Part shown: positions 63,271 through 64,000 of the stretch, piece by piece | How positions within the stretch are numbered: the first letter of the stretch is position 1 | Layout of the letters: every line of letters starts with the position of its first letter | DNA from: Squalus acanthias | Lineage: Eukaryota | Length of the DNA stretch: 64,000 nucleotides | Reading direction: 5' to 3' | Assembly (NCBI GenBank): GCA_030390025.1 | Contig: CM059431.1 | Span: forward strand, 158,536,001-158,600,000 | Position numbers and translations under genes: made by a program | Notes under the pieces: generated by a model | The model's database searches: none | Seen by the model: the letters and a program-made list of their open reading frames with translations, nothing else | What the model was told of the DNA's origin: nothing

Positions 63271-64000
63271 CGAATTTAATTCATTTCTCAGGCCTTTCTA
63301 CTTCCATCCCACTGCATTTTAGAACCAGGTACATTCAATTATGAATCCTTAGGCATTGTCATGTTTCAGAAATGCTATTAGAGATTATTTTATTATTTTA
63401 ATTCGATATCAATAAATATTTTCCCAATGGTGTGTTCTTATAATTGGTGTTTTGATATCTATCAAAGTTATTTTGCGTACGTTTAGTTTCACAGTATTTT
63501 AATTTCTCGGTTCCATATCCTAGTTTATTTATCGAAGAAAGAAGGAAAGAACTTGCATTTACTGTTTCATTCTTTAAATGTATGTACATTATTTATTAGC
63601 TCTTTAGACAAACAAGCGAAAATCACGACTACTTCTAATTGCTCAGCAGCATCTGGTGATTCCATGCAATAAAATATGACTTGGAATCTCAGGTCTCTGT
63701 CCGCAACCATATATTGTTAATTTTCTGGATATATATTAAAATATGAATATTTGCTCCTGCTTTATTCCCGCTTCAGAGATTAAGACTCGATTCCTCAATG
63801 ATCTTTGTAATAGAAACTCCAGAGTGCGACTGCTTCAATTCAAAATTTCACATCATTTCCAGTTATCCGTAATCCCCTACGTCAATGACCTACATTCAAT
63901 TGTTATCCCAGTTCATTTGTGAAAACCTCCTATTCAACTACAATTCCCTTTACGATCCGGAGCGTCTTAGCTCCACAGTTTTCTTCAGATGCACTTCCAT

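Larger units (their letters stand above)
29730..64000 (+). repeat. Tandem array of ~6.5-kb units (~29730-35731, 44450-50308, 50941-56215, ~57444-63860; next unit starts ~63863)
   Basis: Shared landmarks recur in order, e.g. gctgctgctctaaaa at ~29732, ~44454, ~50945; same exons, MITEs and LINE pieces in each unit. Confidence 0.93.

Overview
Eukaryotic, repeat-dominated vertebrate DNA. It is most likely from a cartilaginous fish (inference from the abundant shark-type CR1, L2 and SINE repeats and the exon family below). No prokaryotic genes, rRNA, true tRNA or CRISPR arrays were seen. 1-27 kb: a segmental duplication of nested transposons and two large G-rich satellite blocks. This part holds a complete but frameshifted Ty3/Gypsy element (215-bp LTRs, GGTTG TSD) with an apparent self-priming site instead of a tRNA PBS, a ~1.2-kb solo-LTR-like element and many CR1 LINEs. 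27-64 kb: a tandem array of ~6.5-kb units. Each unit carries a hidden two-exon module (170 + 172 nt, 114 codons, splice phases 1-0-1) encoding a helical death-fold/CARD-like domain resembling the N-terminal repeat of shark NLR (NACHT-LRR) proteins. There are four modules in the window (one with a nonsense codon) and a fifth is predicted just past the end. Two unit junctions are LTRs of a decayed ERV-like provirus, which itself hosts a near-intact two-gene PIF/Harbinger transposon and a Penelope-type hammerhead fragment. All coordinates were read by eye; repeat boundaries without a TSD are approximate.
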